NCBI GenBank assembly: GCA_903883645.1
Contig: CAISBR010000152.1
Coordinates: forward strand, 34,072 to 98,071
Direction: 5' to 3'
DNA length: 64,000 nt
Source: an uncultured Myxococcales bacterium
GTDB lineage: Bacteria; Myxococcota_A; UBA9042
How positions within the stretch are numbered: position 1 is the stretch's first letter; the number at the start of each line of letters is the position of its first letter. Below are positions 1 to 9,400 of this stretch, piece by piece. Made by a program: the position numbers and the translations under genes. The notes beneath the pieces are model-generated. The model saw only the letters and a list, made by a program, of their open reading frames with translations, was not told where the DNA came from and searched no databases.

Positions 1-311
1 CCATTGGTATATTTTGGATACAGCGGCGTGGCCGAGTCGCCCACCACCACCACCAGCGGGCACTTGTGGCTGGCGGTGCAGCTGTCGGGCTTGAGCACCA
101 CCCCCAAGGCTTCCGAAGTAATGCTAAGTGCAGTTGCTTGCACGTGAATCACCTCGGAGGTGACGTTGGCAGCCGCCACTACAGCGGTGTCTTGGCCGCC
201 GCCGCTGCTGGTATCGGCGCCCGTGCTGGGGCTGGCGGTCGCAGTTGTGCCGTCCGACGAGCCACACGCGGAGGCTGTCGCCAGAATAAGCAGTAAAATT
301 AAAGAGTTCAT
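1..311 (-). CDS. Lipoprotein, N-terminal part only (the gene runs off the window start); possible SGNH/GDSL-type hydrolase
   Basis: The reverse-strand frame is open from the ATG at 311 to position 1, so it has no stop and is missing from the ORF track. It translates to MNSLILLLILATASACGSSDG..., a classic lipoprotein signal with a lipobox Cys. Further in, ...CPLVVVVGDSATPLY resembles SGNH block I (GDS). Confidence 0.45.
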   Translation of the reverse strand, partial: MNSLILLLILATASACGSSDGTTATASPSTGADTSSGGGQDTAVVAAANVTSEVIHVQATALSITSEALGVVLKPDSCTASHKCPLVVVVGDSATPLYPKYTN

Positions 312-687
312 CGTCTGACGAGCAAAAACAGAGGCGTTCATGATGGCGCGCAATCCTGCGGCCGGCACGGGGTTTGTGCCGCCCAGGCAGTGTACCTGCG
401 ACGCGCCACCTCGTACAGACGGCCAGGCGCCTCTGGCGTGATCGCGTTTGTCGAAAAAATTGCAGGAATAACGCTCTGGTGTACGCTCCGCCGTCGCAGC
501 ACCGCCCCGGTCGATCGCTGGGCCGAAACGTATGGGCGCGCTGGCGATGCCGATCGCTCAGCCGATCCGACAGAGCTGAATGCGACACTGCGCGCGATCC
601 TGTGTGAGTTTGCCTGCTTGGGTGGGCAGTCGCCGGCCGCAGGACCAAACGCCGACCGCGCAAAACCGACCAAACGCTCGCTTACGA

Positions 688-717
688 TTGACACTTTGCC
701 CCTATTCTCCCTATCCT
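688..717 (+). promoter_or_regulatory. Putative sigma70-type promoter of the dcw operon (TTGACA-18 nt-TATCCT)
   Basis: TTGACA at 688-693, an 18-nt spacer, then TATCCT at 712-717. It sits in an otherwise non-coding ~600-bp region upstream of mraZ. Confidence 0.4.
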
Positions 718-723
718 CGCTAT

Positions 724-760
724 GTGGGAGGAAGTGGATCGAAGCGGATCAAAGTGGCTC
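724..760 (+). promoter_or_regulatory. Putative MraZ operator: four direct GTGG/GCGG cores with exact 10-bp spacing
   Basis: GTGGgag gaaGTGGatc gaaGCGGatc aaaGTGGctc, with cores at 724, 734, 744 and 754, starting 7 nt after the -10 element. MraZ is known to bind arrays of short G-rich direct repeats with about 10-bp periodicity upstream of its own gene. Confidence 0.5.
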
Positions 761-932
761 GCTGCGGACCATCTACCCCTCCTACTCGGCATTCCTGACC
801 AGCAGCGCGCAGCGCCCAGCGGCGGACCGGTGGCCTTGGCTACCCCCGCAGCAGGCGGGGTCTTGCAGCAAGATCCCGCCAACGGTGCAGAAACGCGGCA
901 ATGGTTCAGCAGTGCGGTAGTCGAGGTTGGCA

Positions 933-1394
933 ATGGCCATCCGATTTCGTGGCGAATACGAACTGCGCGTCGACGACAAGGCGCGTTTGGCGATTCCTGC
1001 GAGCTATCGGCAAGCCCTTGACCAAGCGGGCGATCGCCGGCTGATCCTGGTTAAGTCGACCTCGGCCAAGTGCTTACAAGCCTGGCCGCAAGCCGATTGG
1101 GAGGCCTACGAAGACCGAATCCTTGCCCTGGCAGCCAGCGAGCCGACTGCGCTCAAGCTGCTGCGTTTCCAGGTGGCCGGCAATGCGCAAGTAGAGCCGG
1201 ATTCGCATGGACGGGTGGTGCTGCCGCCAACGCTGCGCGCGTATGCCGGTATCGACCCGAGTGGCGAGGTGGTGGTGGCCAGTATGATCAACCGTTTCGA
1301 GATTTGGACGCGCTCGCGCTGGAATGCCGAGCAAGATCAGATCGCCGACGACCTGCCGCAGTGGAGCGCCGATCTGGCGCGCCTGGGGCTGTAA
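933..1394 (+). CDS. mraZ: Transcriptional regulator MraZ
   Basis: FRGEYELRVDDKARLAIPASYR... and ...DSHGRVVLPPTLRAYAGI are the two MraZ/SpoVT-AbrB repeats. ATG at 933 is preceded by GAGGT (the track ORF starts at TTG 927). It is the first gene of the dcw cluster. Confidence 0.9.
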   Translation: MAIRFRGEYELRVDDKARLAIPASYRQALDQAGDRRLILVKSTSAKCLQAWPQADWEAYEDRILALAASEPTALKLLRFQVAGNAQVEPDSHGRVVLPPTLRAYAGIDPSGEVVVASMINRFEIWTRSRWNAEQDQIADDLPQWSADLARLGL

Positions 1395-1473
1395 CGTGGG
1401 CAAGAAGCGACCGCATCGGCCTGGAACGCCGCCGACCCGTCGTGACGTTGCGACGCCGCTGACAACTCAATCG

Positions 1474-2460
1474 ATGCAATCCGCAGAGGTCGGCGAGAGC
1501 AAGCCGTTCCAGCACATTACGGTGCTGCTGCGCGAAGTGGTGGCCGCGGTCGAGCGCGCCGCGAGCCTGTGCACCAGCGAGCCCTTGTGGGTCGTCGACT
1601 GCACCTTGGGTGGCGGCGGGCACAGCGAGGCGATTCTGCAGGCGCTGCCCCTGGTTCATGTGCTTGGCCTGGATCGCGATCCGGCTGCGCTGCAGGCCGC
1701 GAGCGAGCGACTGGCGCCCTTTGGCGAGCGCTTCGTCTGTGAGCACGCCGACTTCGCCCAGCTGCAGCAGGTGTGCGAGCGCCGCCAGCTGCCTCCGCTT
1801 TTGGCGGTGGTGGCCGACCTGGGCGTATCGTCGCACCAGTTCGACCGAGCCGAACGCGGCTTTTCGCTGCGGCTCGACGGTCCGCTCGATATGCGCATGG
1901 ATCCCAGCCGCGGCCCAACCGCTCTGGACCTGCTCGGCGACATCAAGCTCGAGGATCTGGCCGATGTGCTCTATGCGTACGGCGATATCCAACGCTCGAT
2001 CGGTACGGCGCGCATTCTGCTCGAAGAAGTGCACGCGGGCGCGGTAACGACGGGCAAGCTGGCCGATCGTTTGGCGGCGCGCTTGGGCCGGACGCGCTCG
2101 ATCCACCCCGCTACCCAGGTCTTTCAGGCCTTGCGGGTGTGGGTCAACGGCGAGCTCGATCAGATCGAGGCGCTTTTGCAGCAGGCGCCCGGGCTTTTGG
2201 CCCCTGGCGGTGCGCTCGCGGTGATCAGCTTCCAGTCGGGCGAGGACCGGCCGGTCAAGCGGGCCATGGCCGAATTGGGCAAGCGCGGGGGCGACTTTTG
2301 GTTGCCGCAGCGCAAGCCGGTGCTGCCGGGTGAGCAGGAGCAGCAGCAGAACTCGCGGTCGCGCAGCGCAAAACTGCGTGTGATGCATAAGAAAACTTTG
2401 GATGAGACGGTGCCGGAGCAACCGGACAACGACAGCGAAGACGACGCAGACGAGAGCTAA
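1474..2460 (+). CDS. rsmH: 16S rRNA (cytosine1402-N4)-methyltransferase RsmH (MraW)
   Basis: HITVLLREV..., DCTLGGGGHSEAIL, DLGVSSHQFD..RGFS, LDMRMD and ISFQSGEDR are RsmH signature blocks. The start is taken at ATG 1474 (MQSAEV...), because the upstream part of track ORF 1324.. overlaps mraZ. Confidence 0.92.
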   Translation: MQSAEVGESKPFQHITVLLREVVAAVERAASLCTSEPLWVVDCTLGGGGHSEAILQALPLVHVLGLDRDPAALQAASERLAPFGERFVCEHADFAQLQQVCERRQLPPLLAVVADLGVSSHQFDRAERGFSLRLDGPLDMRMDPSRGPTALDLLGDIKLEDLADVLYAYGDIQRSIGTARILLEEVHAGAVTTGKLADRLAARLGRTRSIHPATQVFQALRVWVNGELDQIEALLQQAPGLLAPGGALAVISFQSGEDRPVKRAMAELGKRGGDFWLPQRKPVLPGEQEQQQNSRSRSAKLRVMHKKTLDETVPEQPDNDSEDDADES

Positions 2461-2611
2461 GAAAAGGTACTTATTGTCAACAGTTTGTAGCAAAGTCGCG
2501 ATTTTCTTGACCAGATCGCGCAACGACCGATAACGAGAAGACCGGTTACCACACGGCCGGCAAGTGCGCAGCGATACGAGTGATCTGCTGCATAACCCTG
2601 GGGACACCGCC

Positions 2612-3079
2612 ATGAGCGAGACCACGATCCACAGCGACGACGCGGCCGATAACCCGCCCGAGGAATTCGCGGTGGTGGATCGCCAAGCCGAGGACGCGGC
2701 GCCGCAACAGGCCGAGACCGTCGCCAAAGTTTCGATTTTGCGCCGGATTTGGCAGATGTGGCTCAAGCCAGCGCCGACCCAGACCGAGCGCGCACACCGT
2801 TCCGAACAGCATTTTTGGCTGCGCGTGGTGGTCTTGCTGGTGTTTTTTGGTGGCATGACCGCGCTAGGCATCCTGCGCGTCAAGCAGACCTCAAAGGGCG
2901 TGCGCACCGCGTACGACTTGGTCAAGACAACCGAGGAGTTGCGCGTGCAGCTCGAAGAGAATCGCCGGCTTGAAGCGCGGCTGACGGGGCTGAAGAACCC
3001 CAATGAGCTGCGCAAAGAAGCGGCCGAGCACTTTGACATGCACGCGCCCGCGGCGGGCGACCAAGAGGAAGTCGACTAA
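2612..3079 (+). CDS. ftsL: Cell division protein FtsL-like (bitopic, coiled coil)
   Basis: Single TM (FWLRVVVLLVFFGGMTALGIL) followed by a leucine-zipper-like helix (ELRVQLEENRRLEARLTGL). The position between rsmH and ftsI fits ftsL. The start is uncertain (ATG 2612 or TTG/GTG 2564). Confidence 0.7.
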   Translation: MSETTIHSDDAADNPPEEFAVVDRQAEDAAPQQAETVAKVSILRRIWQMWLKPAPTQTERAHRSEQHFWLRVVVLLVFFGGMTALGILRVKQTSKGVRTAYDLVKTTEELRVQLEENRRLEARLTGLKNPNELRKEAAEHFDMHAPAAGDQEEVD

Positions 3080-3882
3080 TGGCTCACCGCAACCCCGCTT
3101 TGCGCCTGCGTTTTGCTGGCGTCGCCCTGGCCCTGGTGGCCGGAGCGTCGGGGCTGCTGAGTGGCTGTTCGTCGGCTGAAGTCGAGAAACAACAGCGGCT
3201 AGAGCAAGCTGACTTTCATTATCGCTTGGCAAACGGCTACTTCCATGCCGGCAGCGTCGATCTGGCGATTCGCGAGCTCATCTCGGGGCTCGAGATCGAG
3301 CAAAGCCACGCCGACAGCCGTTATCTCTACGGTTTCATCCTATTTGGCCGCAAGCGCTACGAAGAGGCGGCCGAGCACTTCCGCAAAGCGCTGCAGAGCA
3401 AGCCCGACTTCTACGCGGCGCGGAACATCTTGGGCGCGACCTACATCGAGCTTGAGCGCTACTACGACGCCGTGGCAACACTCGAGCCGCTGACGCGCGA
3501 ACCCCGCTATACCACGCCATTTCATGCCTATAACAACTTGGGGCTCGCCTACTTTCGCCAGGGCGACCTGCGGCAGGCCGAGAAGAACTTCCGTATGGCG
3601 GTGTTCCACAACCCCAAGTTCTGCCAAGGTTATCGCAATCTCGGCTTGGTCCACGTGGCGCAGCGCGACTACGCCGCCGCCGTGGAGCAGTTGACCGAGG
3701 CGGTGACCCGCTGTCCGCGCTATGCCGAGCTGCACCTGCAGCGGGGCGAGGCCCTAGAAGCGGATCGCCGCTTTGACGAGGCCGACAAAAGTTTCCAGAA
3801 GTGCGCCGAATTGGCCGGGGATACCCCGATCGGTCGGCGCTGCAAGGCCAGACTGCGCGGCGCAGCAGGCGGGGGCGGCTAG
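3079..3882 (+). CDS. TPR-repeat lipoprotein (PilF/PilW/Tgl/BamD-like fold class)
   Basis: Lipoprotein signal ...ALVAGASGLLSGC|SS. Repeated TPR-like 34-mers follow (YRLANGYFHAGSVDLAIREL, YLYGFILFGRKRYEEAAEHFRKAL, NNLGLAYFRQGDLRQAEKNFRMAV, RNLGLVHVAQRDYAAAVEQL). The ATG overlaps the ftsL stop (TAATG). Confidence 0.8.
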   Translation: MAHRNPALRLRFAGVALALVAGASGLLSGCSSAEVEKQQRLEQADFHYRLANGYFHAGSVDLAIRELISGLEIEQSHADSRYLYGFILFGRKRYEEAAEHFRKALQSKPDFYAARNILGATYIELERYYDAVATLEPLTREPRYTTPFHAYNNLGLAYFRQGDLRQAEKNFRMAVFHNPKFCQGYRNLGLVHVAQRDYAAAVEQLTEAVTRCPRYAELHLQRGEALEADRRFDEADKSFQKCAELAGDTPIGRRCKARLRGAAGGGG

Positions 3883-3885
3883 ACC

Positions 3886-6411
3886 ATGCAGCGCTCGATC
3901 CAAAACTTGAAGACCAAGGTCTTTCACTTGGTCGACCGGGCCGGCAATAGCCCGGCGGCGCGCGCGTTGCGGGCCAATCGCCGCTTGAAATCCGTGGCGA
4001 TCCTGATGGGCCTGTACATCATCGTCGCCTATTGCGCCGCAGTGGTGATGGTCATCAACGTCGACGGCGTGCGCAAGTACGCAGAAGGCAATGTGATGCT
4101 GCGCACCCGCGTCGAGACCCGCCGCGGCGATCTCGTCGACCGCAACGGTGTGACGCTGGCCACCTCTTTGCGCGCCGACTCGGTGTCGGTCAATCCGCGC
4201 TGGCTGCTGCCCGGCGGCAAGAAGCCGAAAGACGACTGGGCCTTTAACTCGCCGAACGCCAAGGCATACCGCGCGAAGGTATCGACCACGCTGGGCGAAC
4301 TGCTCGACAAGCCCGCAGAAGAGTTGAGTGAGCGCATCAACCGCGACACCGGCTTTGTGTACTTGGCCAAGAACATTAGCTACGCCCAGGCCGAGGCCGT
4401 GCGCATTGCGCTGAACGAGGGCAAGCTGCCCAAGGGCGTGACGCTTGAGCGCGAATTTCAGCGGTTTTACCCCAACAATATGCTCGCGGGGCCGTTGATT
4501 GGCCGACCGAGCCAGACGGGAAGCATCGAATCGAGCTTTGACGGGCTGCTGCAGGGCCAGCAAGTCGAGATGCGGACGTACAAAGACTCGTCGGCCACGC
4601 CGATGTACCTCGACGGTGCGCCGGAGCCGGCGATCTATGGCGGCAAGTCGCTGGTGCTGACGATCGACGAGAAGATTCAGGCTGTTGCCGAGCATCACCT
4701 CGACGCCTCGGTGCAAGAATTCGGCGCAGCTTTTGGCATTGCGGCGGTGCTCGACGTAGAAACCAGCGAAATTCTTGCGCTTGCCACCTCGCCGTCGCTG
4801 AACCCCAACGACAGCAAGAATCCGCCCAAGTACGGCTGGCACAACCCGGCGCTCGAGAATCAGTACGAGCCGGGCTCGACGTTCAAGATCTTTAACCTGG
4901 CGATTGGCATCGAGGAAAAGAAAGTGTCGCTCGACGAGATCATCCCCGCCGGCGCCGGATTTGCCCTGCCCGGCAAGGTGATCAAAGACGACCACCCGCA
5001 CGGGCAGGTGACCGGCAAGCAGTCGCTGCAGGTGTCGAGCAACATCGCCAACTGCAAGATCGCCATGCGCGTCAACCGCGAACACTACTACAACTACCTG
5101 ACTGGACTTGGTTTTGGCCGGCGCGTCGATTTGGGGATCATCGGCGAGAGCAACGGCCAGCTCGCCAAGCCCGACAAGTGGTCTTTGGTGCAGTTCTGCA
5201 ACATTGGCTTTGGTCAGGGCATTGCGACGACGCCGATGCAGATGGTCTCCGCAGTGGCCGCGGTGGCGAATGGTGGCGTGTTCCGCCGGCCGCGACTCAT
5301 CAAGCAAGAAGTGCGTGCCGATGGCAAGATTGATCGCGAAATTCCTCAGGATCCCGGTCGGCGGGTGTTCTCGGCCGAGACGGCGCGGCAGGTGCTTGAG
5401 GCGATGGCGTCGGTGACGCAACCCCGCGACCCCAAGGACCCGCACAGCCTGTCGGGTACGGCGACCAAGGCACGGCTGCCCAACTACAGCATTGGCGGCA
5501 AGACCGGAACGGCTCAACAAGCTGAAAATGGTCACTATTCAGACACACACTGGGTCGGCTCATTCATTGGCGTGACGCCCGTCGAGAAGCCGCGGCTCGT
5601 GGTGTTCGTCGCAATCGACACACCGACCAAGTTCGACGAAAGGCTGGGCAAGATCGCCCGCTACGGTGGCATTGTGGCTGCGCCAGTCGCTCGCGAGATC
5701 GCGCGGTTTGCCCTGCCGTACCTTGGCGTGCCGCCCAGCCCGGGCGCGCCGTACCTCGACCGCGACGACCCCGACAAGGCCCGGCAACTCGACGCGGCCC
5801 ATGCCGGCCAAGCCAAGAAGGCGGCTGAGAAATTACTAGCAGTGGCCGGCGGCGCGACCATGCCACCCGCGCTGGCAATGGACCTGCAGGTGGCGCCCAG
5901 CGCTACGGCCGCAGCAGACACGCCCGGCGACATGACCACCGTGCCGGACGTGCGCACTTTGCCGATGCGCGTGGCCCGTTTGCGCATGGCGGTCGCGGGT
6001 TTGCACCTGCTGCCCACCGGCAGCGGACTTGCGGTCAAGCAGGTGCCGGCGGCGGGCCAGCAGGTGGCCAAAGGCACAAACGTAAAGGCTGAATTTGCGC
6101 GGCTGAGCGATGCAATCGAAGCCGAGACGCCGCCCGCCACAGCCGAGCCCGGTGGACCCTCGGCCGGCGCAGCACCGCCCAAAGCACCGGAGCCGGCCAA
6201 AGCCGCTGCCTCCAAGCCTGCGGCCAAGCCCGACGCCGCCAAACCCGCAACTGCAAAGCCGGTTGCCGGCAAGCCCGGCGCCAAGGTCGAGAGTGCCAAG
6301 GCTGCGCCGGCCAAGGCTGCGCCGGCCAAGGGTGCACCGGCCAAGCCTGTCGCCGCCAAGCCCGACGCGAATAAACCCGTGGCCAAGCCGGCCGCCGCCA
6401 AGAAGCCTTAG
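3886..6411 (+). CDS. ftsI: Division transpeptidase FtsI (class B PBP) with a C-terminal PASTA domain and an Ala/Lys/Pro-rich tail
   Basis: N-terminal TM anchor, then transpeptidase motifs STFK, SSN and KTGTA. A PASTA-like segment follows (VPDVRTLPMRVARLRMAVAGLHLLPTGSGLAVKQVPAAGQQVAKGTNVKAEF), then a ~100-aa (A/K/P)n tail. Confidence 0.9.
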   Translation: MQRSIQNLKTKVFHLVDRAGNSPAARALRANRRLKSVAILMGLYIIVAYCAAVVMVINVDGVRKYAEGNVMLRTRVETRRGDLVDRNGVTLATSLRADSVSVNPRWLLPGGKKPKDDWAFNSPNAKAYRAKVSTTLGELLDKPAEELSERINRDTGFVYLAKNISYAQAEAVRIALNEGKLPKGVTLEREFQRFYPNNMLAGPLIGRPSQTGSIESSFDGLLQGQQVEMRTYKDSSATPMYLDGAPEPAIYGGKSLVLTIDEKIQAVAEHHLDASVQEFGAAFGIAAVLDVETSEILALATSPSLNPNDSKNPPKYGWHNPALENQYEPGSTFKIFNLAIGIEEKKVSLDEIIPAGAGFALPGKVIKDDHPHGQVTGKQSLQVSSNIANCKIAMRVNREHYYNYLTGLGFGRRVDLGIIGESNGQLAKPDKWSLVQFCNIGFGQGIATTPMQMVSAVAAVANGGVFRRPRLIKQEVRADGKIDREIPQDPGRRVFSAETARQVLEAMASVTQPRDPKDPHSLSGTATKARLPNYSIGGKTGTAQQAENGHYSDTHWVGSFIGVTPVEKPRLVVFVAIDTPTKFDERLGKIARYGGIVAAPVAREIARFALPYLGVPPSPGAPYLDRDDPDKARQLDAAHAGQAKKAAEKLLAVAGGATMPPALAMDLQVAPSATAAADTPGDMTTVPDVRTLPMRVARLRMAVAGLHLLPTGSGLAVKQVPAAGQQVAKGTNVKAEFARLSDAIEAETPPATAEPGGPSAGAAPPKAPEPAKAAASKPAAKPDAAKPATAKPVAGKPGAKVESAKAAPAKAAPAKGAPAKPVAAKPDANKPVAKPAAAKKP

Positions 6412-6412
6412 G

Positions 6413-9400
6413 ATGATCATGGACCTGCGTGCCCTCATCGCTGCAAGTGAGCTGCTGCCCGAGCTGGCTGCCCGCGCCGATTTGTCGGTGCTGGTGGCGG
6501 CGGTCACGGCAGACTCGCGGCGCGTGCAGGCGGGGTCGCTGTTCGTGGCCGTATCGGGAACTCGGCATCGTGGCATCGATTTTGTGCCCGCCGCCCTGCA
6601 AGCTGGGGCGATAGCCGTGGTCGTCGACAGCGCGCCCACTGCTGAGCAGCGCAAGTCTTGGAACGTGCCGATACTGCTGGTGCGCGACGCCCGCGCCGCC
6701 GTAGGGCCGCTGTGCAGTGCCCTGTATGGCCACCCCAGCCGCGACATACAAGTCATTGGCATCACAGGCACAAACGGCAAGACCACCACTACGGTACTCA
6801 TCGCCCAACTGCTGACGGCGGCGCGGCATAAAGCGGCGGCGCTCGGCACGATCGGCTTGTGGACGCCGAGCGGCGAGCGGCCGAGTAAGCTGACCACGCC
6901 GGATGCCGAGGATCTACAGAAGATCCTTGCTGATTTGCGCGACGAGGGCTTTACTCACTTGGCGATCGAGGTCAGTTCGCACGCGCTCGACCAATACCGC
7001 GTCGCCGGTGTGCAGTTCGCGGCCGCCGCTTGGACCAACTTGTCGCGCGATCACCTGGACTACCACGGCACGGAAGATCATTACGCCGCAGCCAAGGCCA
7101 AGCTTTTCAGTGACTATCGCATCCCCAGCGAGCGCGCCTTTGTGAACGGCGACGACGCGCGCGCCAGCCAACCGCACCACCGCGGCCAGGCCCAGGCGTG
7201 GAGCATGGGCGCCAACCCCGCGGCACTGCACCAGATTCAGGCGCTGCGCTGCGACGCCAAAGGGCTGCAGTTTACCCTGCACAGCCCGGGGCAGCGCGAC
7301 CTGCCCGTGTGGGCGCCGCTCATTGGCCGCCACAATGCGGAGAATCTTACCGCAGCGCTGCTGGTGGTGCGCGCGCTGGGCATGGGTGACGCGGCGATTC
7401 AAGAGGCCACACGCACGCTTACGGCCCCGCGGGGTCGCCTGCAGCCGGTACAAAACGATCGCGGTGCGCTGGTGGTGGTCGATTACGCGCACACCCCCGA
7501 CGCCTTGGTACAGGTGCTGCGGGCACTGCGGCCCCTGGTCGCACCAGGGCATCGGCTGCTTGTAGCCTTTGGCTGCGGCGGCGATCGCGATGCCGGCAAG
7601 CGGCCTCAAATGGGGCAAGTGGCTGCCGAACTTGCTGATTTTACCATTGCCACCTCCGACAATCCGCGCTCTGAGATACCCGAGGCGATTGTGCAGGCGA
7701 TTGTGGCCGGCTTGCAGGCGGCTGGCGCGGTGGCTGTGGCCGAGCCGCACCTGGGCGCGCTAGCTAACCTTTTGGATCATAGGGGCTATTGGAGTTGCGT
7801 CGATCGCGCCGAGGCCATCCGCCGCGCTGTGGCCCTGACCCGACGCGGCGACGTGTTGTGCATCGCCGGCAAAGGGCACGAAACAAGCCAAACCATTGGT
7901 GATCAGCTTCGCCACTTCGACGATGTGCAAGAAGCGGCTCGCTGGCTGCAACCCACTGGGCAAGTGCCATTCGATGCCCCGCAAGGCTTCGCGTTTGATA
8001 GTGAAACTGCCGTGATTGTAGCCGGCGGTACGCTCATCTGCGGCAGCGAGCGCTGGACCAATCAGCTCTGCACGGACAGCCGCGCCGTGGCAGCCGGCAA
8101 TTTGTTCGTAGCCCTGCCCGGCGACACCTTCGACGGCGGCTTGTATGTCGGCGACGCGCTTGGCAAAGGTGCGATCGGTATCGTCTGCGCTCGCGGTCGC
8201 GGCTTGCCCCACGCGGCGCTCGCGGTCGGCCACGGCGCGTGGCTGCTCGAAGTCGATGACCCCTTGCGCGCTTTGGCGGATCTAGCGGCCGCGCACCGCA
8301 ATCGCTTCGCCATGCCGGTCGTGGCGATCACCGGCTCGAACGGCAAGACGACCACCAAAGAGCTGACTTCACTGGCACTTTCGCCGATGGCCGGTGCCGC
8401 TCAGGCGGTGTTAGCCACCCACGGCAACCACAATAACCGCATCGGCCTGCCGCTGACCCTGGCGCGGCTGACCGCTGAGCACGCCGTCGCTGTGGTCGAG
8501 ATGGGCATGAGTATCCCGGGCGAAATTGCCGAGTTGGCGCGTGCGGGCCGGCCGCAACTGGCGATCATCACTTCCGTCGCCGAGGCGCACCTGCTGGGTA
8601 TGGGCACCGTCGATGCCATCGCTAACGAAAAATTCGATGCCGTGCGCGCCCTTCTGCCAAATGGTGTGGCGATTCTGCCGGCCGACGAGCCGCTGCTGCA
8701 GAGCTTGCTGGGCGAGTTGTCCTGTAAGATCATCCGCTTTGGCCGTCATCACGGCGACGTCAAGCTCGCAAGCGCCGTCGAAGTGGGCGGGCTCGAAAGC
8801 GACGCGCCGTGGCAGCAGTTCACCGTGCAAGTGGGCGAGCAGGCTGTCGAAATACGGTTACCGGGCCTGGGCGTGCACCTTGCCGAGCTGACCCTGGCCG
8901 CCCTGGCAGCGGCTTGGCAGCTTGGCGTCGATTTGCCGAGTGCGGCCAAGGCCTTGCAAGCCTATCGCCCCGTGGGCCAGCGCATGCTGCCCGAGCGCAT
9001 CGGCAACTGGCTGGTGCTGCAAGACTGCTACAACGCCAATCCGCGTTCGACCGAAACAGCTATCGATACATTAACTTGCCTGCCTAGCCCGCGCGCAGCG
9101 GTGCTGGGCTCGATGCTTGAGCTGGGGCCCGACGAGTTCGCACTGCACGCCCGTGTGGGTCGCCATGCCGCCCGCCGCGGCGTCGACCTGCTGATCGCTG
9201 TGGGGCCAATGGCCACCGCCTACCAGCATGGGGCAGAAGGTTCTGGAACGACACGTATCCTAACCTGCGAAAATCATGCCGAGGCCGCGATTTTGCTGGC
9301 TCGTCACCAGCCTGGCGGCACGGTGCTGGTCAAGGGGTCGCGCGGCGCCCGTATGGAAAATGTAGTCAGCGCAATGCGCCAGAATCTGGGCCAAAACGCC

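Noticed and set aside
390-920. 176-aa and other short ORFs in the 600-bp region upstream of mraZ
   Set aside because: Random-looking composition with no SD. They overlap the promoter/operator candidate, so the region is treated as non-coding.
1288-3039. 583-aa ORF antisense to rsmH/ftsL
   Set aside because: It is a shadow ORF typical of GC-rich DNA. It lies opposite two genes with clear family signatures, its composition is Arg/Ala/Ser-rich and low-complexity, and it has no motif or SD.
3754-5535. 593-aa ORF antisense to ftsI
   Set aside because: Shadow ORF opposite a gene with the SxxK/SxN/KTG motifs. It has no recognisable domain.
6110-6412. Upstream extension of the murE::murF ORF that overlaps the ftsI tail
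   Set aside because: The Pro/Arg-rich translation is the alternate frame of the AKP-tail DNA. ATG 6413 sits directly after the ftsI stop, and MurE similarity starts there.
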